This document shows positions 13,699-27,491 of a stretch of 64,000 nucleotides of DNA, one piece after another. The notes beneath the pieces were generated by a model. The model was given only the letters and a program-made list of their open reading frames with translations, was not told the DNA's origin and ran no database searches. The translations under genes and the position numbers were made by a program. Source of the stretch: Octopus vulgaris (taxonomy: Eukaryota); assembly GCA_951406725.2 (NCBI GenBank), contig OX597831.1, forward strand, positions 60,202,001 through 60,266,000. The letters run 5' to 3'. How positions within the stretch are numbered: position 1 is the stretch's first letter; each line of letters starts with the position of its first letter.

Positions 13699-14700
13699 CA
13701 CTGATGTAGAAACACTGTCTGAAAGACAGTGTTTCTACATCAGTGCAAGAACTGCAAGAACTCAAAAACACCCTAATTGACAGACATTACCCAGCTCACC
13801 TCATAGAAGATGGGATCAGATGTGCAACAGAAATCAACATAGAAACTTTAAGAAAAGTTCAACACAACAACACATCTTCCCCGAAAATACTACCTTACAT
13901 ATCTACATACAACCCCAGAAACAAAGAAGCCTTCACCATCATCACCCAGAATTTACCAATACTTCATAAGGACCCCAAATTAAAGGAAATTCTAAACATA
14001 CACCAAATCATTAAAAGCTACAAACAACCTAAAACACTCAAAAAATTCTCACAAAGGCAAAACTGTTTTCTGAAATTACAGATGCAAAAGTAAAAAAAAT
14101 GTCGTAGATCGAACTGTGCAACATGTCCAAACCTGCTAGAAGGATCAGAATTCCTCTTTAAAGAGGGACAGAAATTCAAGATCAAATCTAACTTTACTTG
14201 TGCCTCTGAAAACATAATTTGCTGCCACCAAGACTACGTGGGATCCACGGGACTATCACTCAGACGTAGATGCACACTGCATCGACAACAGATTGCATTC
14301 CCAGAATACAGAATAATACCTTTTAGTGAGCACATTGAGAAATGCGCAAAGCAACTACTACCACAATTTTTAATCTTTCCATTTTACCAATATGCTATCG
14401 GATCATCAACACAAATTAGACTAAACAAGGAAACATTCTTCATTGAAAAGTACAAGCCCAGACTTAACCATGCCAACATACTGATACAGAGAAATTCACA
14501 CCAAGAGAAAGGAAAAAAAATTAAGCGATTATCTCCCTTACACCGGAAGAAATCACTCATTACCTCCCCTTATTTAGAACTCTTTTAAACATAAACATAA
14601 CGATAACTCTATTCAACATAAACATAACGTCGTAAGAAATTTGAAAAGCTAAACGCGAAACCGGTCTTTCTTCTAAACTATGTCATTGTAAGGAAAAAAA
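13699..14700 (+). mobile_element. 5'-truncated Penelope element (RT thumb + Cys linker + GIY-YIG), frameshifted
   Basis: LQELKNTLIDRHYP..LPYISTYNP..SYKQPK..C..C..NFTCASEN..YVGSTG..HRQQI..IFPFY..ETFFIEKYKPRLN; same architecture as 35060-36120. Confidence 0.85.
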
Positions 14701-14814
14701 AAATTTAATATTGTTCACACATATTGACGCAAATATATATATTTTTTAACCTTTAAGCCTTCTGTAGTTTTTTCACTTTTTACTATTTTCTATAAATATA
14801 TATATATGTAGAAA

Positions 14815-15615
14815 ATTGTACAGGGTAGGAAAATAATAGAATGTTTTCTACCAGTAGCCTAGCATGTATTACATAGTTAATAGACAACATATCATATAAA
14901 ATTAGTGTATATTTAAACACAAAAGAGGTTACCTTAACAGTACGCCTTACATGCTAGAAGGAACAGTGAAAGTCCAAACGACGGTTAAGAGCAATTTCGA
15001 AGAGAGTGAAAAGTAAAAACATTTACCATATTTTTTCTGCCGGACCTAGAGTTCGAACTTTTAATTGACTATTTTATACATGGTAGGCCACTAGTAGAAA
15101 CATTTTGTATAATATTCCTACCCTGTATCGTTTGCTTAATATGATTTTAGTAAGTCGAATATTTCACTTGTAGCCGACTAAAACTGCGCCCGCGCAGTGG
15201 ATTTGAAAATCTATAATATATAAAGATGAGGCATATGCTATTTTGTCTCATCCGCTGATGAGAACTTTCCCTGGTAAATTATTTTATTTGCTAATTAAAT
15301 TTTCGAATCCGTGGTCCGGCAGAAAAATATGGTAAATGTTTTGATTTTCATTCGTTTTTGGATTTGGTTTGCAAAATTATTCATGTGTGTTAGTGTGTTG
15401 AAGCATATGCGTTGTGTCTGAGGAGAGTCATTCTCTTTTGGTGACTTATAATTTAACACACTCACCGCTAAAATTTCCACTTATTTCTTTTATTTATTTT
15501 TAATTCCCTTCGAAGTTGTTCTTAGCCGTGGTTTGGACTTTGTCTCTTCCTTGTATCATGTAAGGCGTCCTGTTCAGGCTACCTCTTTTGTGTTTAAATT
15601 TACACTAATTTCATA
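14815..15615. repeat. Interlocked inverted-repeat cluster of PLE-type terminal-repeat fragments
   Basis: Three inverted pairs: ~14818-14882/15062-15128, ~14890-15003/15505-15615, ~15007-15066/15293-15350. Confidence 0.7.
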
Positions 15616-15629
15616 TATATATTGCTGAC

Positions 15630-15690
15630 ATTCGCTATCACTCGGCGTAATTCCTCAGATCTGAGATGTCACGTCGAGTGATAGCGAATT
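15630..15690. repeat. Short palindromic hairpin
   Basis: attcgctatcactcggcgt..ctcagatctgag..acgtcgagtgatagcgaat. Confidence 0.85.
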
Positions 15691-17234
15691 ATCTATAATT
15701 ATCAATTACTATAACCACTGACACGGTACTCAGTAGGTAAATCCTGATTTGATACAGAAATCTGGGTATATAATCAAGGCATCATAAATGACGGGGAATT
15801 ATATATCTTCAGTTGCCTTATTTTTATTACAGTATTATTCTCATTATATTCACAGTAGCATCTATTACGGCGCGTTTCTGCTGCATACGTAATGCAGCAG
15901 TTATGTGCATTTAATAGATGGAGTTATAGTACATATTTATACGGGGTAAATGAAAAGAGGAATCCAGTGTTACATAGTCTTTGTTAACGTGCATTCTAGA
16001 TCAGGGATCATAAACTGTTAGTGAACTGGTCATTAGATATTATTTTCAAATAACTTATTCATGCTATGGTTCTGGGGTCATTTATTGTATTGCTATGTTT
16101 CTGATACATTTTAAACATAGAAAGACCTGTGTAGAGTTTCAGAAAATAGATTATCCTATATACTAGTAGAGGATAGCTTTATTCGATCAGAAGAGGCATA
16201 AAGTGGAAGAGGGAATTTAAAAATGTTTTTTGTGGGGTTGCTAAATTCTAACTAGGTTAACTCTGGTTCAATATATTTATGTGATATTGTGTTAAAAATC
16301 CTTATTTGGAAAGTATTTAAATACTTCTGCAAACGAGTATATCTGTTATATATGTAAGGGTTTGAGCGTATATTTGTGTGAGTTTGAGAGTATGTTTGAG
16401 TGTATGACATCCTTTGTGTTCTGTTTTTGATTTCATTTGATACATATACCCTCTCACCTCTGCTACCCTCTCACCTCTGCAACTAGCTGGCGTATACAGG
16501 TGCTTACACTTATCAAGTGTTCACCCTACATTTATTATATATATATATATAAGAAAGTATTTTAAGTATATAATTTAAGTTATAGAATGAAGTTCGACAA
16601 CAAAGTCAATCACATTTTTCGTAAATGGAGATTATATGTTAATATGGAAATATGAAATAAAATCTTCTTTTATTCATTTCAATATACGATTGTTTCGTAA
16701 AGCATGACAATACATTTAAAGATTACTAAAACTAGCACAATATGAAAAAGTAATAACATTTAAATAAAGAAAAGGGGGGGGGGATTTAGATTGACATGGA
16801 TATGGTATTCTTACTAATTTTTGTAATGTGTAATTGTTCTTGGACTCATGTCTATTTAAAACACGAGTCGAGTTTTGTACTGATGTGTACTCTTTGACAA
16901 CACAAATTCTTAAAATTAATTTATTGTCTTTCTGTATGAAACGCTCGTATACCGAAATGAATAAATATATTTTATCCATATTACAATCTAATCCCATGTA
17001 TTTACGGAAAATAAGATCGAATATGTCGAACGTCGTACTATAACATAATTTATATACTTAATATACTTATATTACCTTTCATATCTACGCCAATTTACAT
17101 CAGTACATTCAAAGTAAAGTATAAAGAATCAACGATATAAATCTTAGGAAACTACTACTCCAATTAATGGAAGAATCCACATTCAACCTTTTAAAAGTCT
17201 ATATACTTACGTATATATATATACATAGAGAGAG

Positions 17235-17303
<69 letters not shown>

Positions 17304-17331
17304 ATAGATAGATAGATAGATACTTAGATAC

Positions 17332-17381
<50 letters not shown>

Positions 17382-17426
17382 CATAGATATAAATATAGAT
17401 ATTGATATAGAAGTATATATATATAG

Positions 17427-17557
17427 TTCAAGGTTGCAGAAAAAACAAAAGAAGGCAGGTGTATAAACAAAAAGCAGATGTATAATTTGGCGCTCGGGCA
17501 ACAGAAAGGATCACGAGGGATTTATATGTAGGCTGAGCAAATGGTGTCCGTATGGTG

Positions 17558-17559
<2 letters not shown>
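17427..17559 (-). mobile_element. Internally deleted copy of the pLTR family at 32757 and 60530 (hammerhead missing)
   Basis: aaaaaacaaaagaaggcaggtgta..cagatgtat..cgctc joins directly to acagaaagga; inside microsatellite. Confidence 0.5.
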
Positions 17560-17604
<45 letters not shown>

Positions 17605-18717
17605 CAATCGCACCCATTCGTTTGAGTGTTTATTCTTCTCTTCATATCAGGATTTCTCTTGTATTCACAAGGGAACATAAATATACACACAATTGTGTGT
17701 TAATTTATTTATGTGCGTAAGAATAGAACACACATGCTCATTACTAGGCGCGCAATCACTGTAGTAAACATGATAGCATAATGTGGAATCCAGGATATAT
17801 TCGCATGGCAAATCAGATTATTTAACGAAACTGAACAGTTTTAAAACCTGACAGTTTAATCAAGATTTACTTGTTTATTATTAAATAGATTTCTGAAAAC
17901 AAAACCCTGGCTTATTTATTTCTAATTAGTATGTTTCAATGATACGTTTTCATTTGTTTATTCAATTGTAGAGTATCTGTTAGAATAGATGCCAGGATTG
18001 CTAGTTTTAATTAAAATACATCTTTGTTCCTCACAAAAATTCTTTGATACTATAACAATATTACCACAGTACACACACTTCAGTCAAGTATAGGGCATTC
18101 ATATTCACAGTAACTATTTTTATGACAGCTAGAAGCCACTCAGATAAAAGGGAAATATTTTCCGGATAAACCTAACGATATATCAATCCTGCTTCTTTTA
18201 CGTTACATTGTACATCCTAAAATGAGTGATGTGGCCTTTCTTGTTTTTCTTAACACAGAAGATACGTTGGCAGCAAATTATCTATGTGTTCAGTAGCATC
18301 TAAATGGAATATAGAACAACTGAACTATTATCTCGTTACAGCTGTGACGACATGATATATCTTAAAGAATATTTGTGTAACAATTGCTCGCTTTCTTTTT
18401 CCTTAAATGACATTGTATACGCATGTATACGCATAATGCGTGTGCGCACAATTTCCATATTGTATTCGAAAGAATGATTTTGAATATTTCTACGCTCACA
18501 TTGCATCAACTGCTATATATCCTGCACAACAAAAGGTGTTAGATTTCCTTGTTCAAAGTGGTGAATCATATATCAGGACTGGAAAAACTTTAGAAATGTT
18601 TTACTACCAGTGGCCTAGCATGTAGAAATTAACCCTAATAGTGTTTTTGATTTTGACTACTCCTTCTAGCATGTTAGGTGTCCTATTATGGCCATCTCTT
18701 ATGTGTTTAAGGTCACA

Positions 18718-18771
<54 letters not shown>

Positions 18772-18773
<2 letters not shown>

Positions 18774-19155
18774 GCAAAATATTATGTGACAATTATTCGG
18801 TAGCCAAGATAAAACTCTGAGTTTCGGATGCCACTAAGTTCATCTTAAGACTGTGAGTTATCAAAGATTACTCAAAGTAGCAAATTATGAAAAATCAATA
18901 AAATCTAAATAAAGAAAAAGGGGGGAATTTAGATTTACCTGGTTATGGTATTCTTACTAATTTTTGTAATGTGTAATGTGTAATGTTCTTGGACTCATGT
19001 CTTTCGGATGACACTAAATTCATCTTAAGACTTTGAGTTATCAAAGATTACTCAAAATAGTAATTGTCACATATTATTTTACAGGTAAATTTCCTCTTTT
19101 TACATAATATTGCGGTATCTTTCTTTCTTTTGTTATATTACCATTTTTACCAATA
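18772..19155. mobile_element. Composite PLE terminal-repeat remnant with inverted flanks and a ~60-bp direct repeat
   Basis: tttcggatg(c/a)cactaa(g/a)ttcatcttaagact repeated at ~18822 and ~19002; flanks match 34126-34290 and 36690-36900; interior matches 16720-16855. Confidence 0.6.
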
Positions 19156-19864
19156 TATGTATATATATATATATATAAAACACAAGAAATTAATTGCTTA
19201 AGTTTCCTTATATTATGGATATTTGTATTTTGCATGCACAAAGATATGTATACTGAAAGATAAATGGATACGAAATCCGGCGAAGCTTGATTAATTCATT
19301 TTAATATGTGTATTAAGGATTCATTCCTTGGTTAATTTGGCCTCTAAAATTGCACTTGTTCTACATTCCTAATAAATTTCGTTAGTTTTAAATGCTGTAT
19401 GCTATTAGCCATTGCTTGAAAGCAGCTGTGTATCTGTTTTAACAAGTACATTAGTAAAATTTTTACAGTATTAGTAAGGCAAATGAAAATAATAAACTAC
19501 TAATCATAGTTAAGTCAATTTGTTGGAAGTTTCCTGTGATATTTCGTTGTATGTTTCTATGAATTAGATAACTGCATTCTTTTACATTTGAAAATTGCTG
19601 TACAATTGCATCGGGTGATTGACTTTCAGTCGAAGAACTTAAAAATGTACTTAAAGTCAAAGGCCAGTTCCGATGAGACCAGTATATATTGAAAGTCTTT
19701 ACAGCTAACATTTTCCCGTGAGTTTATTAATATAGTGTATCCAGGCTTCCCTATTCGATATGATTCATTACCTTCTAGGATAGAGTGTTATTTAATGGGG
19801 ATATCATGACTATATCCATGGAACTGTGCAAATTTGTACAAATTTATTTGCACATTTCCAACAG

Positions 19865-20130
19865 CTGTGATCCGATACGGAGCACACCAAGTTTTTCTCA
19901 CGCCACTTACGTATCAACAATTACAAATCAATATTGTCCAAAGCACACGCAAGCCCTTAGATAACAAGTTCCCTTTGAAGTTAGGGTTTGCTATAAATAT
20001 AGCGGTAGAACATATAGCCTTAAAAGCATAGCAGGTAATCGAATCATAGATATGGGTGTTAATATTAATCCACTAGCATATATTTTTCGGGAGAGAAAAC
20101 CTGACATATCGAATTCAGTACAAGATGAGG
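19865..20130 (+). pseudogene. Possible Helitron Pif1 helicase C-terminal remnant
   Basis: KFPLKLGFAINI..KA*..MGVNI resembles the Pif1 motif QFPxxLAFAxTINKxQG; heavily decayed. Confidence 0.35.
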
Positions 20131-21244
20131 AATCATCATACCACCTAGAAAACACTCTAAGGCTAATTGAATACGATTCGAATGGGGATCAGAAATAATG
20201 TAATATTGAGAAATTTTGTGCGACTGTCACTTTAACTTTACCGTTCTACGTTGCAACAGAAATGCGGATATTAGTCATTCACATTTGTATTCACTCATAT
20301 GTATACAAATACATTTGCACACTTATTCCTAAAAGGCTTTCATGTTTCCAAAATCACCCCCAAAATTCCGTTGTGCTCTGAATACAAACAGACGCACACA
20401 CTCACAAAAACACGCATATATGCATGTGTTTCTCTCTGTGTATGTACGTATGTATCTATTTACGTATGTTTCAATGAGTATAAGAATTAATATATGAAAT
20501 CTAATGGAGTATTTGCACAGTAAGTTCCTATAGCAAGTAAATGTGATAAACCTATTGCAGAAGTTATAACAAAACAAAGTCATGTGTGGCTGAAAATCGT
20601 CCCCTTCATACTGCACTCTTACTTAAGATAAATGTAGATTTAATGTAAGCATATAACCAAGATATACTCAGCTATGACCAAACTGAGTATCAATGAGATG
20701 TCATAAGTTCTTTGTTTTACCTTTCTTGCAACGTACCTATTTCGGTTACCTTTGGGTGGTCACGGAATAGAAAGAAATATATATTACTAACATTAAATCA
20801 TATCTAGCTTAATATGTCAGTTTGCGAGAAAGAAACAAATGGAAAATATGTTTCAAAATATTAGAATTTGTTTTCTCACAATGGCACAACTTAATGCATT
20901 TTCCTTCCAGCATAGTCTTTGTTATTCCTATCATTATATCCTCAATATTCATCTTAGAGAATATTAAAAAAATATCACCTCGACAGTATGTGTTACTTCT
21001 GTTAATCTCATCTAGTAATTCCTTTACTTTTGTTTGGTCCATAAAGTTTGCCAGCTAATGAACATGAAATTGTTTTAGCATCCCGTCTCCAAAGTATGTA
21101 TGCATGCATGTATGCATCCCCACTCCAAAAGTGTGGGGATGCGTGCTAATTCAAGAAAAGAGAAATAACATAAAAAAATAGCCTTGCTAATGGGTTTGAT
21201 AGACTGAAACTGAAAGAAGCCTGTAAGCCTGTCGTATACATATG

Positions 21245-21790
<546 letters not shown>

Positions 21791-21809
21791 TATGTATATA
21801 TATATGTTA

Positions 21810-21840
<31 letters not shown>

Positions 21841-22292
21841 GTCTGTATATAGAATAAGTACCAGGCTTAAGAAAACAGTACTGGTGTTGATTCATTCGTC
21901 TATAGATGCTTCAAGGCGTTGCCCCAGCGTGGCCGCTGTCTAAAATCTGAAAGAAGTAAGAGATACTAGCAACTTAGAATTCAACATTCTTCTTGTCTTC
22001 TAGATACAATAAATATTTAGTACTAGCCAGGCAATTTATTACTCAGTGTAAAAATAAACATATTTTTGCTGGAAGTGTTTAGGGAATAACTATGAAAACC
22101 GAAAATAAAATATATATGGCGTATGACATATACAAGTGAGTTTGAAGGTTCGTCATATTGCCGAAATATCATAGACAACTCGTATCTCGTCTGTGTTAAT
22201 TAAATTAATCTGTGTGCAATCAATGGTAATGCGTATAGTTGAAAAAACAAAGTTGCTATGAGAGATTTCGAGTGAAGATATTGGTGACTTCG

Positions 22293-22524
22293 AAGGCGGC
22301 GAGCTGGCAGAAACGTTAGCACGCCGGGCAAAATGCGTAGCCATATTTCGTCTGCAGTTACGTTCTGTGTTCAAATTCCGCCGAGGTCGACTTTGCCTTT
22401 CATCATTTCGGGGTCAATAAATTAAGTATCAGTTACGCACTGGGGTCGATGTAACCGACCTAATCCGTTTGTCTGTCCTTGTTTGTCCTCTCTGTGTTTA
22501 GCCCCTTGTGGGTAATAAAGAAAC
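22293..22524 (+). mobile_element. Full-length Meta-domain SINE (family M) with 17-bp TSD
   Basis: A box tggcagaaacgtt, B box gttcaaattcc, Meta-like core, tail gccccttgtgggtaataaagaaa; TSD agatattggtga(c/g)ttcg at 22276-22292 and 22525-22541. Confidence 0.9.
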
Positions 22525-22701
22525 AGATATTGGTGAGTTCGTAGAAGGAACGTCTATGATAACGTACTTCGATCTAATCAAAAGTATAATCACAAATTAT
22601 GGTACTATGAATATTACTTGTTCTGAAATATATCAGTTATAATTTTCGAGCCCGTGGCCAAACAATAGCATATAACCGAGGAAACTGACATAGTATTATA
22701 T

Positions 22702-22933
22702 ATTTCTTTACTACACACAAGGGGCTAAACATAGAGGGAACAAACAAGGAGAGACACACGGAGTAAGTCGATTACATCGACCCCAGTGCGTAACTGGTAC
22801 TTATTTAATCGACCCCGAAAGGATGAAAGGCAAAGTCGACCTCGGCGGAATTTGAACTCAGAACGTAGCGGAAGACGAACTACCGCTAAGCATTTCACCT
22901 GACGTGCTAACGTTTCTGCCAGCTCGCCGCCTT
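22702..22933 (-). mobile_element. Full-length Meta-domain SINE (family M) with ~20-bp TSD
   Basis: TSD aaactgacatag(t/c)attatat at 22682 and 22934. Confidence 0.9.
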
Positions 22934-23696
22934 AAACTGACATAGCATTATATTTCAGTACTTAAGTATACTAAGCTACTGTAGTTGAGTTAGAATTTCT
23001 GCCTACGTAAACGTTAATATAAGGAACTATCTTTAGAGAGTACATAACGTCATCAGGCTGCGAGTTTTTTTTTAACATTGAAAACATTTAAATTTGAAGG
23101 AATATACATAGTTTTAGCTTACATAACTCTTCTCTCAGCGCTTAAATACACACTTTACAAATAATTAGTTATATAAATTGTATATTTGATAATTGAATCA
23201 AGCCTACAACTCTTCCTTATTTAAATCGTTTACTGATATAATAACGGTGTCTAATGAAAATTACAGTTAAAATTATAAATACATTCTTTCAAAGATATCT
23301 TCGTAATTTCAAATATAATATTGAAAGTTCCTCTCATTAGGTTTTTCAAACATAGAAAATTTATTAATTTGTTTTTCAAAAATTTAATTGCATTTGTTTA
23401 TATATTAATATTTACATCTTTTTATTGTGATTTTCATACTAATTACTCAATATTTTCCTCTCAATGTTTTAAAATCAAAAATACTAATAACTTATTAAGT
23501 TTATCGCTGATCTCTCACTACTTTATTCTTACGTATTTTTTCTAACAATTGTTAATTTTACATACATTTCATATCTACTTTCATTACCAATTCTTTCTTT
23601 TCTGCCTAATAAAATTTTCTCTCAGTCATTTAATAGAACAGGGGATGTTTCACCACTCTCTGAGTCTCACTTTGTCTGTCTGTCTGTCTCTCTGTG

Positions 23697-23745
<49 letters not shown>

Positions 23746-23776
23746 GTTCGTCTGTCTATCTATCTATCTACGTATG

Positions 23777-23845
<69 letters not shown>

Positions 23846-23847
<2 letters not shown>

Positions 23848-26800
23848 TGGTATAACCAGGTGGGCAGACTGGGCTCGTTAGCCTTGGCTGGCAGCCAGTC
23901 TAGGAGAAGGAAAACTCTGACTCCAAACCCTCGCTCCGCTGCCTTGCGGATGCTCTTGGGAGAGGGAAAGGCTATGGGAGTAAACCCAGACAGAAAATCC
24001 GGAGTGGAGCCCCGAAGGCGGTAGGGTGTCGAATCTCGACCCCTTCCCGGCAACTCCTGCAGCCAATTAGATTGCAAACGTACTGCACTGCATTCCTTTG
24101 GATTATGTCTGGGGGGCCGAGAGGGAGATTCTGGTGTCTGGGCAGCCCAGTGTCTTCGTTTCTACCGCCCAGGCTTGCGCCATGGAGAAACTACTCCATC
24201 GATGGAACAAGCTGAGATGGCAGTTACGAGTTATAAACCAGGGTGAATTGGCGTAATCCCGGGCGCTACGGTGGGAGGGATCATTTAAGTCCCACTGGTC
24301 AGCTACCGCCCGCCTTAAGCTGGGCAGCCCCCGGCCAATAATGGTGCTGACCCGCCACAGACTGCCCGCTTCAATGGGTGCTTGGAGCTAGGACAAAATC
24401 TGAAAAGCAGACTGAAAACCCTGCACCAGCATACAAAGGAAAAACAAACACCCAGTCACCAGTCTTGCGACTGGCCACCTGGAAGGTCAGGACCATGTGC
24501 CCTGGCATCATTGACGATCTACGACAGATGAACGACAGTAGGAAGACAGCAGTCATCAACACCGAATTGAAAAGGCTGAACATCGACATAGCGGCGCTGC
24601 GAGAGACCAGGCTCGCCGCAGACGGCATGCTAAGGGGAGAAGGACTACACCTTCTACTGGCAGGGGAGACCCGTCGAGGAGGCCCGCCAGCATGGCATGG
24701 GGTTTGCAGTGAGGAACAGCTTGCTCCCCATGGTGATCCCTCCTTCAAATGGCTCAGAGCGCATCCTCACTCTTAACCTTGCAACATCAACGGGGAAGGC
24801 AAACATAATTAGTGCTTATGCCCCAACACTCCACTCTCCTCAGGAAATAAAAGACCGGTTCTATGAGTAGCTCGACGCCACCATCAGCCAGATACCAGGG
24901 TCAGAGCCCATCTTCCTTCTGGGCGACTTCAACGCAAGGGTGGGATCCGATCATGGGGCATGGCCAGATTGCCTTGGACGCTTTGGCGTGGGGAAGGTGA
25001 ATGAGAATGGCCAGAGACTGTTGGAGCTTTGCTCTTACCGGAAACTCTGCGTTTCCAACACATTCTTCATGACTAAGCCGCATCACCAGGTCTCATGGAG
25101 GCACCCAAGGTCCGGACACTGGCACCGACTGGACATGGTCATCACCCGGCGAGCCCACCTCGGCAGTGTGCTTCTCCCACGCAGCTACTATGGTGCTGAC
25201 TGTGATACAGACCACTCTTTGGTGTGCACCAGGGTCCGATTGGCCCCAAAGAAAATCAACCGTCCCGTAGGGAAAAGTCGCCCACGCATCAATACCGCCA
25301 GGACAACCAACCCCGATCTCCGCTCGGAATTCACCAACCGCATGGAGGAGGCCCTTAAAGATCACGCAGCCAAGACTGGTTTGAAGCTCACCTGCCTGAG
25401 ATGGAGCCTGTCATAGCTGCCAAGAGGGAAGCACTGGTCAACTATAAGCGCGACCCATCAGAAAAGAACCTGGCTACTCTGAGAACAGCCAGAAGCGACG
25501 CCCAGAGGACGGCCAGACGTTGCGCCAACATCTACTGGCAGAACTTATGCCAGAACATCCAGTGCTGTGCTGACAGTGGTAACGTGAAAGGGATGTACGA
25601 GGGGATGAAGAAAGCATTCGGGCCCACTGTCAGAAAGGTTGCTCCACTGAAGTCCAGAGATGGCGAGGTCATCAAGGACCAAGCGAAGCAGATGGGGAGG
25701 TGGGTCGAGCATTACCAGAACCTCTACTCCACTGTGAATGTGGTCACCAGGTCTGCCCTCGCCGGCATTCCTGCTCTGCCTGTCATGGAGGAGCTTGACC
25801 TGCCTCCAACAAAGGAAGAACTGAGCAAAGCAATTGACTCACTCGCTCGGGGCAACGCACCAGGGCAAGACGGCATCCCCGCAGAAGTCATCCAGTGCGG
25901 GAAGCCAGCCCTTCTGGGCCATCTCCATGAGCTGCTCTGTCAGTGCTGGGAGGAGGGCTCTGTCCCTAAGGATATGCGTGACGCAAACATCATCACACTG
26001 TATAAAAACAAAAGGGACGGAAGCGACTGCAATAATTACAGGGGCACATCATTGCTCAGCACTCTTGGTAAGGCATTTGCCAGGGTGGTCCTGAAGAGGT
26101 TGCAAATACTTGCAGAGCGTGTGTACCCCGAGTCTCAGTCTGGCTTTAGGGCAGAGAGGTCTACAATTGACATGATCTTCTCACTCAGGCAGCTTCAAGA
26201 AAAGAGTCGAGAACAGAGACAGCCCCTATACGTGGCCTTCATCGACCTGGCTAAGGCGTTCGACTCAGTCAGCAGGGAGGGGCTGTTTGTGCTCCTGGGT
26301 AGGATAGGTTGCCCTCCCAGACTGCTGAAACTCATCACCTCCTTTCACGACGGTATGCAGGGAACAGTGCAGTTTGACGGATCGCCCTCGGAGTCATTCT
26401 CCATCCAGAGTGGAGTGAAACAGGGTTGCGTTCTGGCGCCGACGCTCTTCGGAATTTTCTTCTCCCTTGTCCTGTCCTATGCCTTCAGAACGTCCGACGA
26501 CGGAGTGTTCCTCCACACCAGGGTTGATGGTGGATTGTTCAATCTTGCGCGCCTCAGAGCTAAGACCAAAGTCCGTCAGGTGCTGATCAGAGAGATCCTC
26601 TTTGCTGACAGAGATCATGGGCCAGGACGTCGGAGGGGTCCCCAGCATCAGTGTCGGCGACCACAGCTTGCAGGTGGTGAACGAGTTTACTTACCTGAGA
26701 TCGACGGTCTCCGGCAGCCTGTCCCTCGAGCCGGAGCTGAACAGACGGATTGGGAAGGCTGCTGCTGCCATGGCTAAGCTCTCCAGGAGAGTGTGGGAAA

Positions 26801-27491
26801 ACAACATGCTCACAATAACCACCAAGATCGCAGTGTACCGAGCCTGCGTGCTGAGCACCCTACTCTACGGCAGCGAGAGCTGGACAACATACACCCGGCA
26901 GGAATGCCGCCTCAGCGGCTTGGACATGCGGTGTCTTCGACGGATCCTTGGCATCTCCTGGAAGGACCGAGTACCAAACGGATTCATCCTGGAACAGACT
27001 AATATGCCAAGCATGTATGCCCTCCTCGTTCGGAGACGACTGCGCTGGCTCGGACACGTCTGCCGCATGCAGGACGGTCGCATGCCTAAAGACATCCTGT
27101 ACAGCGAACTCACCACGGGATCCCGACCCAAGGGACGTCCACAGCTACGATACAGGGACGTGTGCAAGCGCGACCTGAGGACTGCCAACATCTGTGTGGA
27201 CACGTGGAAGGAATCAGCTGCTGACCGCTCTGCCTGGCGTCGGACGGTGAGGAAAGGCGTTTCCATGGCTGAGGAGAGGAGAGCACAGCTGTGGTTGGAC
27301 AGGCGGGACAGGAGGAGGACAACTGCAGCAACACACCACACGTACCCATCGATGTTCGTGTGCAGCAAATGTACCAAGGACTGCCACTCTAGAATTGGAC
27401 TGTTCAGTCACCGCAGACGCTGCACATCATCAAAGTAGGCCCCACCCTTGGCGCAACCCATTGTCCATCAAGACAGACGGGGAAGAAAGAA
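23846..27491 (+). mobile_element. RTE-clade (BovB-like) non-LTR retrotransposon, both ends present, inactivated
   Basis: ~530-nt 5' UTR, APE + RT + C-terminal Zn motif, short 3' UTR ending gaagaaagaa; flanked by (TA)n; much more GC-rich than the host. Confidence 0.95.
24378..27438 (+). pseudogene. RTE ORF: APE endonuclease, reverse transcriptase and Cys/His motif, disrupted
   Basis: LATWKVRT, DIAALRETR, SAYAPT, LLGDFNARVG, DCDTDHSLV; APGQDGIPAE, NYRG.SLL, SQSGFR, FIDL.KAFDSV, GVKQGCVLAPTLF, ILFAD; CSKCTKDCHSRIGLFSHRRRC; frameshifts, a stop at ~24868 and two internal deletions. Confidence 0.95.

Noticed and set aside
15252-15275. ctgatgag motif
   Set aside because: No correctly placed GAAA or stems downstream
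16447-16480. 17-bp tandem duplication (similar ones at ~2320 and ~7335)
   Set aside because: Ordinary slippage duplications; not an array or CRISPR-like structure
24371-27411. Short overlapping and antisense ORFs within the RTE
   Set aside because: Expected by-products of GC-rich coding sequence
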